Assembly: GCA_964016885.1 (NCBI GenBank) | Contig: OZ024741.1 | Location: forward strand, 153,884,001 to 153,948,000 | Length of the DNA stretch: 64,000 nt | Direction: 5' to 3' | Source of the DNA: Eledone cirrhosa | Lineage: Eukaryota | Part shown: in pieces, positions 28,029 through 43,239 of the stretch | Numbering within the stretch: the stretch's first letter is position 1 | Layout: every line of letters starts with the position of its first letter | Notes under the pieces: generated by a model | Databases searched by the model: none | Told to the model about the DNA's origin: nothing | The model's input: only the letters and a program-made list of their open reading frames with translations | Translations under genes and position numbers: made by a program

Positions 28029-31024
28029 ATTATACTTTGATCCTCCCACTTCTGGCTGAGTATACCTGATATCTAGCTTGTCTTTTATTTACCTGGTATT
28101 ATACCTCTCACTTCTGGCTGAGTATACCTGATATCTAGCTTGTCTTCTATTTACCTGCTATTATACCTTGATCCTCCCACTTCTGGCTGAGTATACCTGA
28201 TATCTAGCTTTTCTTCTATTTACCTGCTACTATACCTTGATCCTCAAACTTCTGGCTGAGTATACCTGATATCTAGCTTGTCTTCTATTTATCTGCTACT
28301 ATACCTTGATCCTCTAACTTCTGGCTGAGTATACCTGATATCTAGCTTGTCTTCTATTTACCTGCTATTATACCTTGACCTTCCCACTTCTGGCTGTGTA
28401 TACCTGATATATAACTTGTCTCCCATTTACCTGCTAGTATACCTTGATCTTCCCACTTCTGGCTGAGTATACCTGATATCTAGCTTTTCTTCTATTTACC
28501 TGCTATTATACCTTGATCCTCCCACTTCTGGCTGTGTATACCTGATATTAGCTTGTCTTCTATTTACCTGCTATTATACCTTGATCTTCCCACTAGTGGC
28601 TGAGTATACCTGATATTTAGCTTGTCTTCTATTTACCTGCTATTATACCTTGATCTTCCCACTTCTGGCTGAGTATAGCTGATATTAGCTTGTGTTCTAT
28701 TTACCTTCTATTATACCTTGATCTTCCCACTTCTGGCTGAGTATACCTGATATTAGCTTGTCTTCTATTTACCTGCTATTATACCTTGATCTTTCCACTT
28801 CTGGCTGAGTATACCTGATATCTAGCTTTTCTTCTATTTACCTGCTATTATACCTTGATCTTCCCACTTCTGGCTGAGTATACCTGATATCTAGCTTCTC
28901 TTCTATTTACCTGCTATTATACCTTGATCTTCCCACTAGTGGCTGAGTATACCTGATATTTAGCTTGTTTTCTATTTACCTGCTATTATACCTTGATCTT
29001 CCCACTTCTGGCTGAGTATAGCTGATATCTAGCTTCTCTTCTATTTACCTGCTATTATACCTTGATCCTCCCACTTCTGGCTGAGTATACCTGATATCTA
29101 GCTTCTCTCCTATTTACCTGCTATTATACCTTGATCCTCCCACTTGTGGCTGAGTATACCTATTATCTAGATTGTCTTCCATTTACCTGCTAGTATACCT
29201 TGATCTTCCCACTTCTGGCTGAGTATACCTAATATCTAGCTTGTCTTCTATTTACTTGCTATTATACCTTGATCCTCCCACTTGTGGCTGAGTATACCTG
29301 ATATCTAGCTTGTCTTCTACTTACCTGGTATTATACCTTGATCCTCCCACTTGTGGCTGAGTATACCTGATATCTAGCTTGTCTTGTATTTACCTGCTAT
29401 TATACCTTGATCCTCCCACTTCTGGCTGAGTATACCTGATATTTAGCTTGTCTTCTATTTACCTGCTATTATTCCTTGATCCTCCCACTTCTGGCTGAGT
29501 ATACCTGATATCTAGTTGTCTTCTATTTACCTGCTATTATACCTTGATCTTCCCACTTCTGGCTGCGTATACCTGATATCTAGCTTGTCTCCTATATACC
29601 TGATATCTAGCTTGTCTTCTATATACCTGCTATTATACCTTCATCTTCCCACTTCTGGCTGAGTATTCCTGATATCTAGCTTGTCTTCTATTTACCTGTT
29701 ATTATACCTTGATCCTCCCACTTCTGGCTGAGTATACCTGATATTAACTTGTCTTCTATTTACCTGGTATTATCCCTTGATCCTCACACTTCTGGTTGAG
29801 TATACCTGATATCTAGCTTGTCTTCTATTTACCTGGTATTATCCCTTGATCTTCCCACTTCTGGCTGAGTATACCTGATATCTAGCTTGTCTTCTATTTA
29901 CCTTCTATTATACCTTGATCTTCCCACTTCTGGCTGAGTATACCTGATATCTAGCATGTCTTCTAGTTACCTGTTATTATACCTTGATCTTCCCACTTCT
30001 GGCTGAGTATACCTGATATCTAGCATGTCTTCTAGTTACCTGTTATTATACCTTGACCCTCCCACTTCTGGCTGTGTATACCTGATATCTAGCTTGTCTT
30101 CTATTTACCTGGTATTATACCTTGATCCTCCCACTTCTGGCTGAGTATACCTGATATCTAGCTTGTATTCTATTTACCTGCTATTATTCCTTGATCCTCC
30201 CACTTCTGGCTGAGTATACCTGATATCTAGTTGTCTTCTATTTACCTGCTATTATACCTTGATCCTCCCACTTCTGGCTGAGTATACCTGATATCTAGCT
30301 TGTCTTCTATTTACCTGGTATTATACCTTGATCCTCCCACTTCTGGCTGTGTATACCTGATATCTAGCTTGTATTCTATTTACCTGCTATTATACCTTGA
30401 TCTTCCCACTTCTGGTTGAGTATACCTGATATCTAGCTTGTATTTTATTTACCTGGTATTATACCTTGATCCTCCCACTTCTGGCTGAGTATACCTGATA
30501 TCTGGCTTGTCTTCTATTTACCTGCTATTATACCTTGATCCTCCCACTTCTGGCTGAGTATACCTAATATCTAGCTTGTCTTCTATTTACTTGCTTTTAT
30601 ACATTGAACTTCCCACTTCTGGCTGAGTATACCTGATATCTAGCTTGTCTTCTATTTACCTGGTATTATATCTTGATCCTCCCACTTCTGGCTGAGTATA
30701 CCTGATATCTAGCTTGTCTTCTATTTGCCTGTTAATATACCTTGATCCTCCCACTTCTGGCTGAGTATACCTAATATCTAGCTTGTCTTCTATTTACTTG
30801 CTATTATACATTGACCTTCCCACTTCTGGCTGAGTATACCTGATATCTAGCTTTTCTTCTATTTACCTGGTATTATACTTTGACCCTCCCACTTCTGTCT
30901 GTGTATACCTGATATCTAGCTTGTCTTTTATTTACCTGGTATTAAACCTTGACCTTCCCACTTCTGGCTGAGTATACCTGATATCTAGCTTGTCTTCTAT
31001 TTACCTAGTATTATACTTTGATCC

Positions 31025-31206
31025 GGTGGATTGGCAGTATCGGTAGAGAGTCTGACACCATGCTTTGAAGCATAGAGTTACGTCCCTTTATGATCTGAGT
31101 TCAAATCCCGCCGAGGTTAACTTTGCCTTTCATCCTTATGGGGTCGATAAAATAAAGTACTAGTAATGTACTGGGTAATTGCTGGCCTTGTGCCAAAATA
31201 GAAACA
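31025..31206 (+). mobile_element. SINE family 1, array copy 2
   Basis: Same 182 bp, TSD and flanking monomers as copy 1. Confidence 0.93.
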
Positions 31207-33171
31207 ATTATACTTTGATCCTCCCACTTCTGGCTGAGTATACCTGATATCTAGCTTGTCTTTTATTTACCTGGTATTATACCTCTCACTTCTGGCTGAG
31301 TATACCTGATATCTAGCTTGTCTTCTATTTACCTGCTATTATACCTTGATCCTCCCACTTCTGGCTGAGTATACCTGATATCTAGCTTTTCTTCTATTTA
31401 CCTGCTACTATACCTTGATCCTCAAACTTCTGGCTGAGTATACCTGATATCTAGCTTGTCTTCTATTTATCTGCTACTATACCTTGATCCTCAAACTTCT
31501 GGCTGAGTATACCTGATATCTAGCTTGTCTCCTATATACCTGATATCTAGCTTGTCTTCTATATACCTGCTATTATACCTTCATCTTCCCACTTCTGGCT
31601 GAGTATTCCTGATATCTAGCTTGTCTTCTATTTACCTGTTATTATACCTTGATCCTCCCACTTCTGGCTGAGTATACCTGATATTAACTTGTCTTCTATT
31701 TACCTGTTATTATCCCTTGATCCTCACACTTCTGGTTGAGTATACCTGATATCTAGCTTGTCTTCTATTTATCTGGTATTATCCCTTGATCTTCCCACTT
31801 CTGGCTGAGTATACCTGATATCTAGCATGTCTTCTAGTTACCTGTTATTATACCTTGATCTTCCCACTTCTGTCTGAGTATACCTGATATCTAGCTTGTC
31901 TTCTATTTACCTTCTATTATACCTTGATCTTCCCACTTCTGGCTGAGTATACCTGATATCTAGCATGTCTTCTAGTTACCTATTATTGTACCTTGATCTT
32001 CCCACTTCTGGCCGAGTATACCTGATATCTAGCATGTCTTCTAGTTACCTGTTATTATACCTTGACCCTCCCACTTCTGGCTGTGTATACCTGATATCTA
32101 GCTTGTCTTCTATTTACCTGGTATTATACCTTGATCCTCCCACTTCTGGCTGAGTATACCTGATATCTAGCTTGTATTCTATTTACCTGCTATTATTCCT
32201 TGATCCTCCCACTTCTGGCTGAGTATACCTGATATCTAGTTGTCTTCTATTTACCTGCTATTATACCTTGATCCTCCCACTTCTGGCTGAGTATACCTGA
32301 TATCTAGCTTGTCTTCTATTTACCTGGTATTATACCTTGATCCTCCCACTTCTGGCTGTGTATACCTGATATCTAGCTTGTCTTCTATTTACCTGGTATT
32401 ATACCTTGATCCTCCCACTTCTGGCTGTGTATACCTGATATCTAGCTTGTATTCTATTTACCTGTTATTATACCTTGACCCTCCCACTTCTGGCTGAGTA
32501 TACCTGATATCTAGCTTGTATTCTATTTACCTGCTATTATACCTTGACCCTCCCACTTCTGGCTGTGTATACCTGATATCTAGCTTGTATTCTATTTACC
32601 TGCTATTATACCTTGATCTTCCCACTTCTGGTTGAGTATACCTGATATCTAGCTTGTATTCTATTTACCTGGTATTATACCTTGATCCTCCCACTTCTGG
32701 CTGAGTATACCTGATATCTGGCTTGTCTTCTATTTACTTGCTATTATACATTGACCTTCCCACTTCTGGCTGAGTATACCTGATATCTAGCTTGTCTTCT
32801 ATTTACCTGGTATTATACCTTGATCCTCCCACTTCTGGCTGAGTATACCTGATATCTAGCTTGTCTTCTATTTGCCTGTTACTATACCTTGATCCTCCCA
32901 CTTCTGGCTGAGTATACCTAATATCTAGCTTGTCTTCTATTTACTTGCTATTATACATTGACCTTCCCACTTCTGGCTGAGTATACCTGATATCTAGCTT
33001 GTCTTCTATTTACCTGCTATTATACCTTGATCCTCCCACTTCTGGCTGAGTATACCTGATATATAACTTGTCTTCTATTTACCTGCTATTATACCTTGAT
33101 CTTCCCACTTCTGGCTGAGTATACCTGATATCTAGCTTGTCTTCTATTTACCTAGTATTATACTTTGATCC

Positions 33172-33353
33172 GGTGGATTGGCAGTATCGGTAGAGAGTCT
33201 GACACCATGCTTTGAAGCATAGAGTTACGTCCCTTTATGATCTGAGTTCAAATCCCGCCGAGGTTAACTTTGCCTTTCATCCTTATGGGGTCGATAAAAT
33301 AAAGTACTAGTAATGTACTGGGTAATTGCTGGCCTTGTGCCAAAATAGAAACA
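33172..33353 (+). mobile_element. SINE family 1, array copy 3
   Basis: Same 182 bp and TSD as copy 1. Confidence 0.93.
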
Positions 33354-36300
33354 ATTATACTTTGATCCTCCCACTTCTGGCTGAGTATACCTGATATCTA
33401 GCTTGTCTTTTATTTACCTGGTATTATACCTCTCACTTCTGGCTGAGTATACCTGATATCTAGCTTGTCTTCTATTTACCTGCTATTATACCTTGATCCT
33501 CCCACTTCTGGCTGAGTATACCTGATATCTAGCTTTTCTTCTATTTACCTGCTACTATACCTTGATCCTCAAACTTCTGGCTGAGTATACCTGATATCTA
33601 GCTTGTCTTCTATTTATCTGCTACTATACCTTGATCCTCAAACTTCTGGCTGAGTATACCTGATATCTAGCATGTCTTCTATTTACCTGCTATTATACCT
33701 TGACCTTCCCACTTCTGGCTGTGTATACCTGATATATAACTTGTCTCCCATTTACCTGCTAGTATACATTGATCTTCCCACTTCTGGCTGAGTATACCTG
33801 ATATCTAGCTTTTCTTCTATTTACCTGCTATTATACCTTGATCCTCCCACTTCTGGCTGTGTATACCTGATATTAGCTTGTCTTCTATTTACCTGCTATT
33901 ATACCTTGATCTTCCCACTAGTGGCTGAGTATACCTGATATTTAGCTTGTCTTCTATTTACCTGCTATTATACCTTGATCTTCCCACTTCTGGCTGAGTA
34001 TAGCTGATATTAGCTTGTCTTCTATTAACCTGCTATTATACCTTGATCTTCCCACTTCTGGCTGAGTATACCTGATATTAGCTTGTCTTCTATTTACCTG
34101 CTATTATACCTTGATCTTCCCACTTCTGGCTGTGTATACCTGATATCTAGCTTTTCTTCTATTTACCTGCTATTATACCTTGATCTTCCCACTTCTGGCT
34201 GAGTATACCTGATATCTAGCTTCTCTTCTATTTACCTGCTATTATACCTTGATCTTCCCACTAGTGGCAGAGTATACCTGATATTTAGCTTGTCTTCTAT
34301 TAACCTGCTATTATACCTTGATCTTCCCACTTCTGGCTGAGTATAGCTGATATCTAGCTTCTCTTCTATTTACCTGCTATTATACCTTGATCCTCCCACT
34401 TCTGGCTGAGTATACCTGATATCTAGCTTCTCTTCTATTTACCTGCTATTATACCTTGATCCTCCCACTTGTGGCTGAGTATACCTGATATCTAGATTGT
34501 CTTCCATTTACCTGCTAGTATACCTTGATCTTCCCACTTCTGGCTGAGTATACCTGATATCTAGCTTGTCTTCTATTTACCTGTTATTATACCTTGATCC
34601 TCCCACTTCTGGCTGAGTATACCTGATATCTAGATTGTCTTCTATTTACCTGCTATTATACCTTGATCCTCCCACTTGTGGCTGAGTATACCTGATATCT
34701 AGCTTGTCTTCTATTTACCTGGTATTATACCTTGATCCTCCCACTTGTGGCTGAGTATACCTGATATCTAGATTGTCTTCTATTTACCTGCTATTATACC
34801 TGGATCCTCCCACTTGTGGCTGAGTATACCTGATATCTAGATTGTCTTCTATTTACCTGCTATTATACCTTGATCCTCCCACTTGTGGCTGAGTATACCT
34901 GATATCTAGCTTGTCTTCTATTTAGCTGGTATTATACCTTGATCCTCCCACTTGTGGCTGAGTATACCTGATATCTAGATTGTCTTCTATTTACCTGCTA
35001 TTATACCTTGATCCTCCCACTTGTGGCTGAGTATACCTGATATCTAGCTTATCTTCTATTTACCTGGTATTATACCTTGATCCTTCCACTTGTGGCTGAG
35101 TATACCTGATATCTAGATTGTCTTCTATTTACCTTCTATTATACCTTGATCCTCCCACTTGTGGCTGAGTATACCTGATATCTAGCTTGTCTTCTATTTA
35201 CCTGGTATTATACCTTGATCCTCCCACTTCTGGTTGAGTATACCTGATACCTAGATTGTCTTCTATTTACCTGCTATTATACCTTGATCCTCCCACTTGT
35301 GGCTGAGTATACCTGATATCTAGCATGTCTTCTAGTTACCTGTTATTATACCTTGATCTTCCCACTTCTGGCTGAGTATACCTGATATCTAGCATGTCTT
35401 CTAGTTACCAGTTATTATACCTTGACCCTCCCACTTCTGGCTGTGTATACCTGATATCTAGCTTGTCTTCTATTTACCTGGTATTATACCTTGATCCTCC
35501 CACTTCTGGCTGAGTATACCTGATATCTAGCTTGTATTCTATTTACCTGCTATTATTCCTTGATCCTCCCACTTCTGGCTGAGTATACCTGATATCTAGT
35601 TGTCTTCTATTTACCTGCTATTATACCTTGATCCTCCCACTTCTGGCTGAGTATACCTGATATCTAGCTTGTCTTCTATTTACCTGGTATTATACCTTGA
35701 TCCTCCCACTTCTGGCTGTGTATACCTGATATCTAGCTTGTATTCTATTTACCTGCTATTATACCTTGATCTTCCCACTTCTGGTTGAGTATACCTGATA
35801 TCTAGCTTGTATTTTATTTACCTGGTATTATACCTTGATCCTCCCACTTCTGGCTGAGTATACCTGATATCTGGCTTGTCTTCTATTTACCTGCTATTAT
35901 ACCTTGATCCTCCCACTTCTGGCTGAGTATACCTAATATCTAGCTTGTCTTCTATTTACTTGCTTTTATACATTGACCTTCCCACTTCTGGCTGAGTATA
36001 CCTGATATCTAGCTTGTCTTCTATTTACCTAGTATTATACCTTGATCCTCCCACTTCTGGCTGAGTATACCTAATATCTAGCTTGTCTTCTATTTACTTG
36101 CTTTTATACATTGACCTTCCCACTTCTGGCTGAGTATACCTGATATCTAGCTTGTCTTTTATTTACCTGGTATTATACCTCTCACTTCTGGCTGAGTATA
36201 CCTGATATCTAGCTTGTCTTCTATTTACCTGCTATTATACCTTGATCCTCCCACTTCTGGCTGAGTATACCTGATATCTAGCTTTTCTTCTATTTACCTG

Positions 36301-38136
36301 CTACTATACCTTGATCCTCAAACTTCTGGCTGAGTATACCTGATATCTAGCTTGTCTTCTATTTATCTGCTACTATACCTTGATCCTCAAACTTCTGGCT
36401 GAGTATACCTGATATCTAGCTTGTCTCCTATATACCTGATATCTAGCTTGTCTTCTATATACCTGCTATTATACCTTCATCTTCCCACTTCTGGCTGAGT
36501 ATTCCTGATATCTAGCTTGTCTTCTATTTACCTGTTATTATACCTTGATCCTCCCACTTCTGGCTGAGTATACCTGATATTAACTTGTCTTCTATTTACC
36601 TGTTATTATCCCTTGATCCTCACACTTCTGGTTGAGTATACCTGATATCTAGCTTGTCTTCTATTTATCTGGTATTATCCCTTGATCTTCCCACTTCTGG
36701 CTGAGTATACCTGATATCTAGCATGTCTTCTAGTTACCTGTTATTATACCTTGATCTTCCCACTTCTGTCTGAGTATACCTGATATCTAGCTTGTCTTCT
36801 ATTTACCTTCTATTATACCTTGATCTTCCCACTTCTGGCTGAGTATACTTGATATCTAGCATGTCTTCTAGTTACCTATTATTGTACCTTGATCTTCCCA
36901 CTTCTGGCTGAGTATACCTGATATCTAGCATGTCTTCTAGTTACCTGTTATTATACCTTGACCCTCCCACTTCTGGCTGTGTATACCTGATATCTAGCTT
37001 GTCTTCTATTTACCTGGTATTATACCTTGATCCTCCCACTTCTGGCTGAGTATACCTGATATCTAGCTTGTATTCTATTTACCTGCTATTATTCCTTGAT
37101 CCTCCCACTTCTGGCTGAGTATACCTGATATCTAGTTGTCTTCTATTTACCTGCTATTATACCTTGATCCTCCCACTTCTGGCTGAGTATACCTGATATC
37201 TAGCTTGTCTTCTATTTACCTGGTATTATACCTTGATCCTCCCACTTCTGGCTGTGTATACCTGATATCTAGCTTGTCTTCTATTTAACTGGTATTACAC
37301 CTTGATCCTCCCACTTCTGGCTGTGTATACCTGATATCTAGCTTGTATTCTATTTACCTGTTATTAAACCTTGACCCTCCCACTTCTGGCTGAGTATACC
37401 TGATATCTAGCTTGTATTCTATTTACCTGCTATTATACCTTGACCCTCCCACTTCTGGCTGTGTATACCTGATATCTAGCTTGTATTCTATTTACCTGCT
37501 ATTATACCTTGATCTTCCCACTTCTGGTTGAGTATACCTGATATCTAGCTTGTATTCTATTTACCTGGTATTATACCTTGATCCTCCCACTTCTGGCTGA
37601 GTATACCTGATATCTGGCTTGTCTTCTATTTACCTGCTATTATACCTTGATCCTCCCACTTCTGGCTGAGTATACCTAATATCTAGCTTGTCTTCTATTT
37701 ACTTGCTATTATACACTGACCTTCCCACTTCTGGCTGAGTATACCTGATATCTAGCTTGTCTTCTATTTACCTGGTATTATACCTTGATCCTCCCACTTC
37801 TGGCTGAGTATACCTGATATCTAGCTTGTCTTCTATTTGCCTGTTACTATACCTTGATCCTCCCACTTCTGGCTGAGTATACCTAATATCTAGCTTGTCT
37901 TCTATTTACTTGCTATTATACATTGACCTTCCCACTTCTGGCTGAGTATACCTGATATCTAGCTTGTCTTCTATTTACCTGCTATTATACCTTGATCCTC
38001 CCACTTCTGGCTGAGTATACCTGATATATAACTTGTCTTCTATTTACCTGCTATTATACCTTGATCTTCCCACTTCTGGCTGAGTATACCTGATATCTAG
38101 CTTGTCTTCTATTTACCTAGTATTATACTTTGATCC

Positions 38137-38318
38137 GGTGGATTGGCAGTATCGGTAGAGAGTCTGACACCATGCTTTGAAGCATAGAGTTACGTCCCTT
38201 TATGATCTGAGTTCAAATCCCGCCGAGGTTAACTTTGCCTTTCATCCTTATGGGGTCGATAAAATAAAGTACTAGTAATGTACTGGGTAATTGCTGGCCT
38301 TGTGCCAAAATAGAAACA
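38137..38318 (+). mobile_element. SINE family 1, array copy 4
   Basis: Same 182 bp and TSD as copy 1. Confidence 0.93.
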
Positions 38319-41300
38319 ATTATACTTTGATCCTCCCACTTCTGGCTGAGTATACCTGATATCTAGCTTGTCTTTTATTTACCTGGTATTATACCTCTCA
38401 CTTCTGGCTGAGTATACCTGATATCTAGCTTGTCTTCTATTTACCTGCTATTATACCTTGATCCTCCCACTTCTGGCTGAGTATACCTGATATCTAGCTT
38501 TTCTTCTATTTACCTGCTACTATACCTTGATCCTCAAACTTCTGGCTGAGTATACCTGATATCTAGCTTGTCTTCTATTTATCTGCTACTATACCTTGAT
38601 CCTCAAACTTCTGGCTGAGTATACCTGATATCTAGCATGTCTTCTATTTACCTGCTATTATACCTTGACCTTCCCACTTCTGGCTGTGTATACCTGATAT
38701 ATAACTTGTCTCCCATTTACCTGCTAGTATACATTGATCTTCCCACTTCTGGCTGAGTATACCTGATATCTAGCTTTTCTTCTATTTACCTGCTATTATA
38801 CCTTGATCCTCCCACTTCTGGCTGTGTATACCTGATATTAGCTTGTCTTCTATTTACCTGCTATTATACCTTGATCTTCCCACTAGTGGCTGAGTATACC
38901 TGATATTTAGCTTGTCTTCTATTTACCTGCTATTATACCTTGATCTTCCCACTTCTGGCTGAGTATAGCTGATATTAGCTTGTCTTCTATTAACCTGCTA
39001 TTATACCTTGATCTTCCCACTTCTGGCTGAGTATACCTGATATTAGCTTGTCTTCTATTTACCTGCTATTATACCTTGATCTTCCCACTTCTGGCTGTGT
39101 ATACCTGATATCTAGCTTTTCTTCTATTTACCTGCTATTATACCTTGATCTTCCCACTTCTGGCTGAGTATACCTGATATCTAGCTTCTCTTCTATTTAC
39201 CTGCTATTATACCTTGATCTTCCCACTAGTGGCTGAGTATACCTGATATTTAGCTTGTCTTCTATTAACCTGCTATTATACCTTGATCTTCCCACTTCTG
39301 GCTGAGTATAGCTGATATCTAGCTTCTCTTCTATTTACCTGCTATTATACCTTGATCCTCCCACTTCTGGCTGAGTATACCTGATATCTAGCTTCTCTTC
39401 TATTTACCTGCTATTATACCTTGATCCTCCCACTTGTGGCTGAGTATACCTGATATCTAGATTGTCTTCCATTTACCTGCTAGTATACCTTGATCTTCCC
39501 ACTTCTGGCTGAGTATACCTGATATCTAGCTTGTCTTCTATTTACCTGTTATTATACCTTGATCCTCCCACTTCTGGCTGAGTATACCTGATATCTAGCT
39601 TGTCTTCTATTTACCTGGTATTATACCTTGATCCTCCCACTTGTGGCTGAGTATACCTGATATCTAGATTGTCTTCTATTTACCTGCTATTATACCTTGA
39701 TCCTCCCACTTGTGGCTGAGTATACCTGATATCTAGATTGTCTTCTATTTACCTGCTATTATACCTTGATCCTCCCACTTGTGGCTGAGTATACCTGATA
39801 TCTAGCTTGTCTTCTATTTAGCTGGTATTATACCTTGATCCTCCCACTTGTGGCTGAGTATACCTGATATCTAGATTGTCTTCTATTTACCTGCTATTAT
39901 ACCTTGATCCTCCCACTTGTGGCTGAGTATACCTGATATCTAGCTTATCTTCTATTTACCTGGTATTATACCTTGATCCTTCCACTTGTGGCTGAGTATA
40001 CCTGATATCTAGATTGTCTTCTATTTACCTTCTATTATACCTTGATCCTCCCACTTGTGGCTGAGTATACCTGATATCTAGCTTGTCTTCTATTTACCTG
40101 GTATTATACCTTGATCCTCCCACTTCTGGTTGAGTATACCTGATACCTAGATTGTCTTCTATTTACCTGCTATTATACCTTGATCCTCCCACTTGTGGCT
40201 GAGTATACCTGATATCTAGCATGTCTTCTAGTTACCTGTTATTATACCTTGATCTTCCCACTTCTGGCTGAGTATACCTGATATCTAGCATGTCTTCTAG
40301 TTACCAGTTATTATACCTTGACCCTCCCACTTCTGGCTGTGTATACCTGATATCTAGCTTGTCTTCTATTTACCTGGTATTATACCTTGATCCTCCCACT
40401 TCTGGCTGAGTATACCTGATATCTAGCTTGTATTCTATTTATCTGCTATTATTCCTTGATCCTCCCACTTCTGGCTGAGTATACCTGATATCTAGTTGTC
40501 TTCTATTTACCTGCTATTATACCTTGATCCTCCCACTTCTGGCTGAGTATACCTGATATCTAGCTTGTCTTCTATTTACCTGGTATTATACCTTGATCCT
40601 CCCACTTCTGGCTGTGTATACCTGATATCTAGCTTGTATTCTATTTACCTGCTATTATACCTTGATCTTCCCACTTCTGGTTGAGTATACCTGATATCTA
40701 GCTTGTATTTTATTTACCTGGTATTATACCTTGATCCTCCCACTTCTGGCTGAGTATACCTGATATCTGGCTTGTCTTCTATTTACCTGCTATTATACCT
40801 TGATCCTCCCACTTCTGGCTGAGTATACCTAATATCTAGCTTGTCTTCTATTTACTTGCTTTTATACATTGACCTTCCCACTTCTGGCTGAGTATACCTG
40901 ATATCTAGCTTGTCTTCTATTTACCTGGTATTATACCTTGATCCTCCCACTTCTGGCTGAGTATACCTGATATCTAGCTTGTCTTCTATTTGCCTGTTAC
41001 TATACCTTGATCCTCCCACTTCTGGCTGAGTATACCTAATATCTAGCTTGTCTTCTATTTACTTGCTATTATACATTGACCTTCCCACTTCTGGCTGAGT
41101 ATACCTGATATCTAGCTTGTCTTCTATTTACCTAGTATTATACCTTGATCCTCCCACTTCTGGCTGAGTATACCTAATATCTAGCTTGTCTTCTATTTAC
41201 TTGCTTTTATACATTGACCTTCCCACTTCTGGCTGAGTATACCTGATATCTAGCTTGTCTTTTATTTACCTGGTATTATACCTCTCACTTCTGGCTGAGT

Positions 41301-43239
41301 ATACCTGATATCTAGCTTGTCTTCTATTTACCTGCTATTATACCTTGATCCTCCCACTTCTGGCTGAGTATACCTGATATCTAGCTTTTCTTCTATTTAC
41401 CTGCTACTATACCTTGATCCTCAAACTTCTGGCTGAGTATACCTGATATCTAGCTTGTCTTCTATTTATCTGCTACTATACCTTGATCCTCAAACTTCTG
41501 GCTGAGTATACCTGATATCTAGCTTGTCTCCTATATACCTGATATCTAGCTTGTCTTCTATATACCTGCTATTATACCTTCATCTTCCCACTTCTGGCTG
41601 AGTATTCCTGATATCTAGCTTGTCTTCTATTTACCTGTTATTATACCTTGATCCTCCCACTTCTGGCTGAGTATACCTGATATTAACTTGTCTTCTATTT
41701 ACCTGTTATTATCCCTTGATCCTCACACTTCTGGTTGAGTATACCTGATATCTAGCTTGTCTTCTATTTATCTGGTATTATCCCTTGATCTTCCCACTTC
41801 TGGCTGAGTATACCTGATATCTAGCATGTCTTCTAGTTACCTGTTATTATACCTTGATCTTCCCACTTCTGTCTGAGTATACCTGATATCTAGCTTGTCT
41901 TCTATTTACCTTCTATTATACCTTGATCTTCCCACTTCTGGCTGAGTATACTTGATATCTAGCATGTCTTCTAGTTACCTATTATTGTACCTTGATCTTC
42001 CCACTTCTGGCTGAGTATACCTGATATCTAGCATGTCTTCTAGTTACCTGTTATTATACCTTGACCCTCCCACTTCTGGCTGTGTATACCTGATATCTAG
42101 CTTGTCTTCTATTTACCTGGTATTATACCTTGATCCTCCCACTTCTGGCTGAGTATACCTGATATCTAGCTTGTATTCTATTTACCTGCTATTATTCCTT
42201 GATCCTCCCACTTCTGGCTGAGTATACCTGATATCTAGTTGTCTTCTATTTACCTGCTATTATACCTTGATCCTCCCACTTCTGGCTGAGTATACCTGAT
42301 ATCTAGCTTGTCTTCTATTTACCTGGTATTATACCTTGATCCTCCCACTTCTGGCTGTGTATACCTGATATCTAGCTTGTCTTCTATTTAACTGGTATTA
42401 CACCTTGATCCTCCCACTTCTGGCTGTGTATACCTGATATCTAGCTTGTATTCTATTTACCTGTTATTAAACCTTGACCCTCCCACTTCTGGCTGAGTAT
42501 ACCTGATATCTAGCTTGTATTCTATTTACCTGCTATTATACCTTGATCCTCCCACTTCTGGCTGTGTATACCTGATATCTAGCTTGTATTCTATTTACCT
42601 GCTATTATACCTTGATCTTCCCACTTCTGGTTGAGTATACCTGATATCTAGCTTGTATTCTATTTACCTGGTATTATACCTTGATCCTCCCACTTCTGGC
42701 TGAGTATACCTGATATCTGGCTTGTCTTCTATTTACCTGCTATTATACCTTGATCCTCCCACTTCTGGCTGAGTATACCTAATATCTAGCTTGTCTTCTA
42801 TTTACTTGCTATTATACACTGACCTTCCCACTTCTGGCTGAGTATACCTGATATCTAGCTTGTCTTCTATTTACCTGGTATTATACCTTGATCCTCCCAC
42901 TTCTGGCTGAGTATACCTGATATCTAGCTTGTCTTCTATTTGGCTGTTACTATACCTTGATCCTCCCACTTCTGGCTGAGTATACCTAATATCTAGCTTG
43001 TCTTCTATTTACTTGCTATTATACATTGACCTTCCCACTTCTGGCTGAGTATACCTGATATCTAGCTTGTCTTCTATTTACCTGCTATTATACCTTGATC
43101 CTCCCACTTCTGGCTGAGTATACCTGATATATAACTTGTCTTCTATTTACCTGCTATTATACCTTGATCTTCCCACTTCTGGCTGAGTATACCTGATATC
43201 TAGCTTGTCTTCTATTTACCTAGTATTATACTTTGATCC

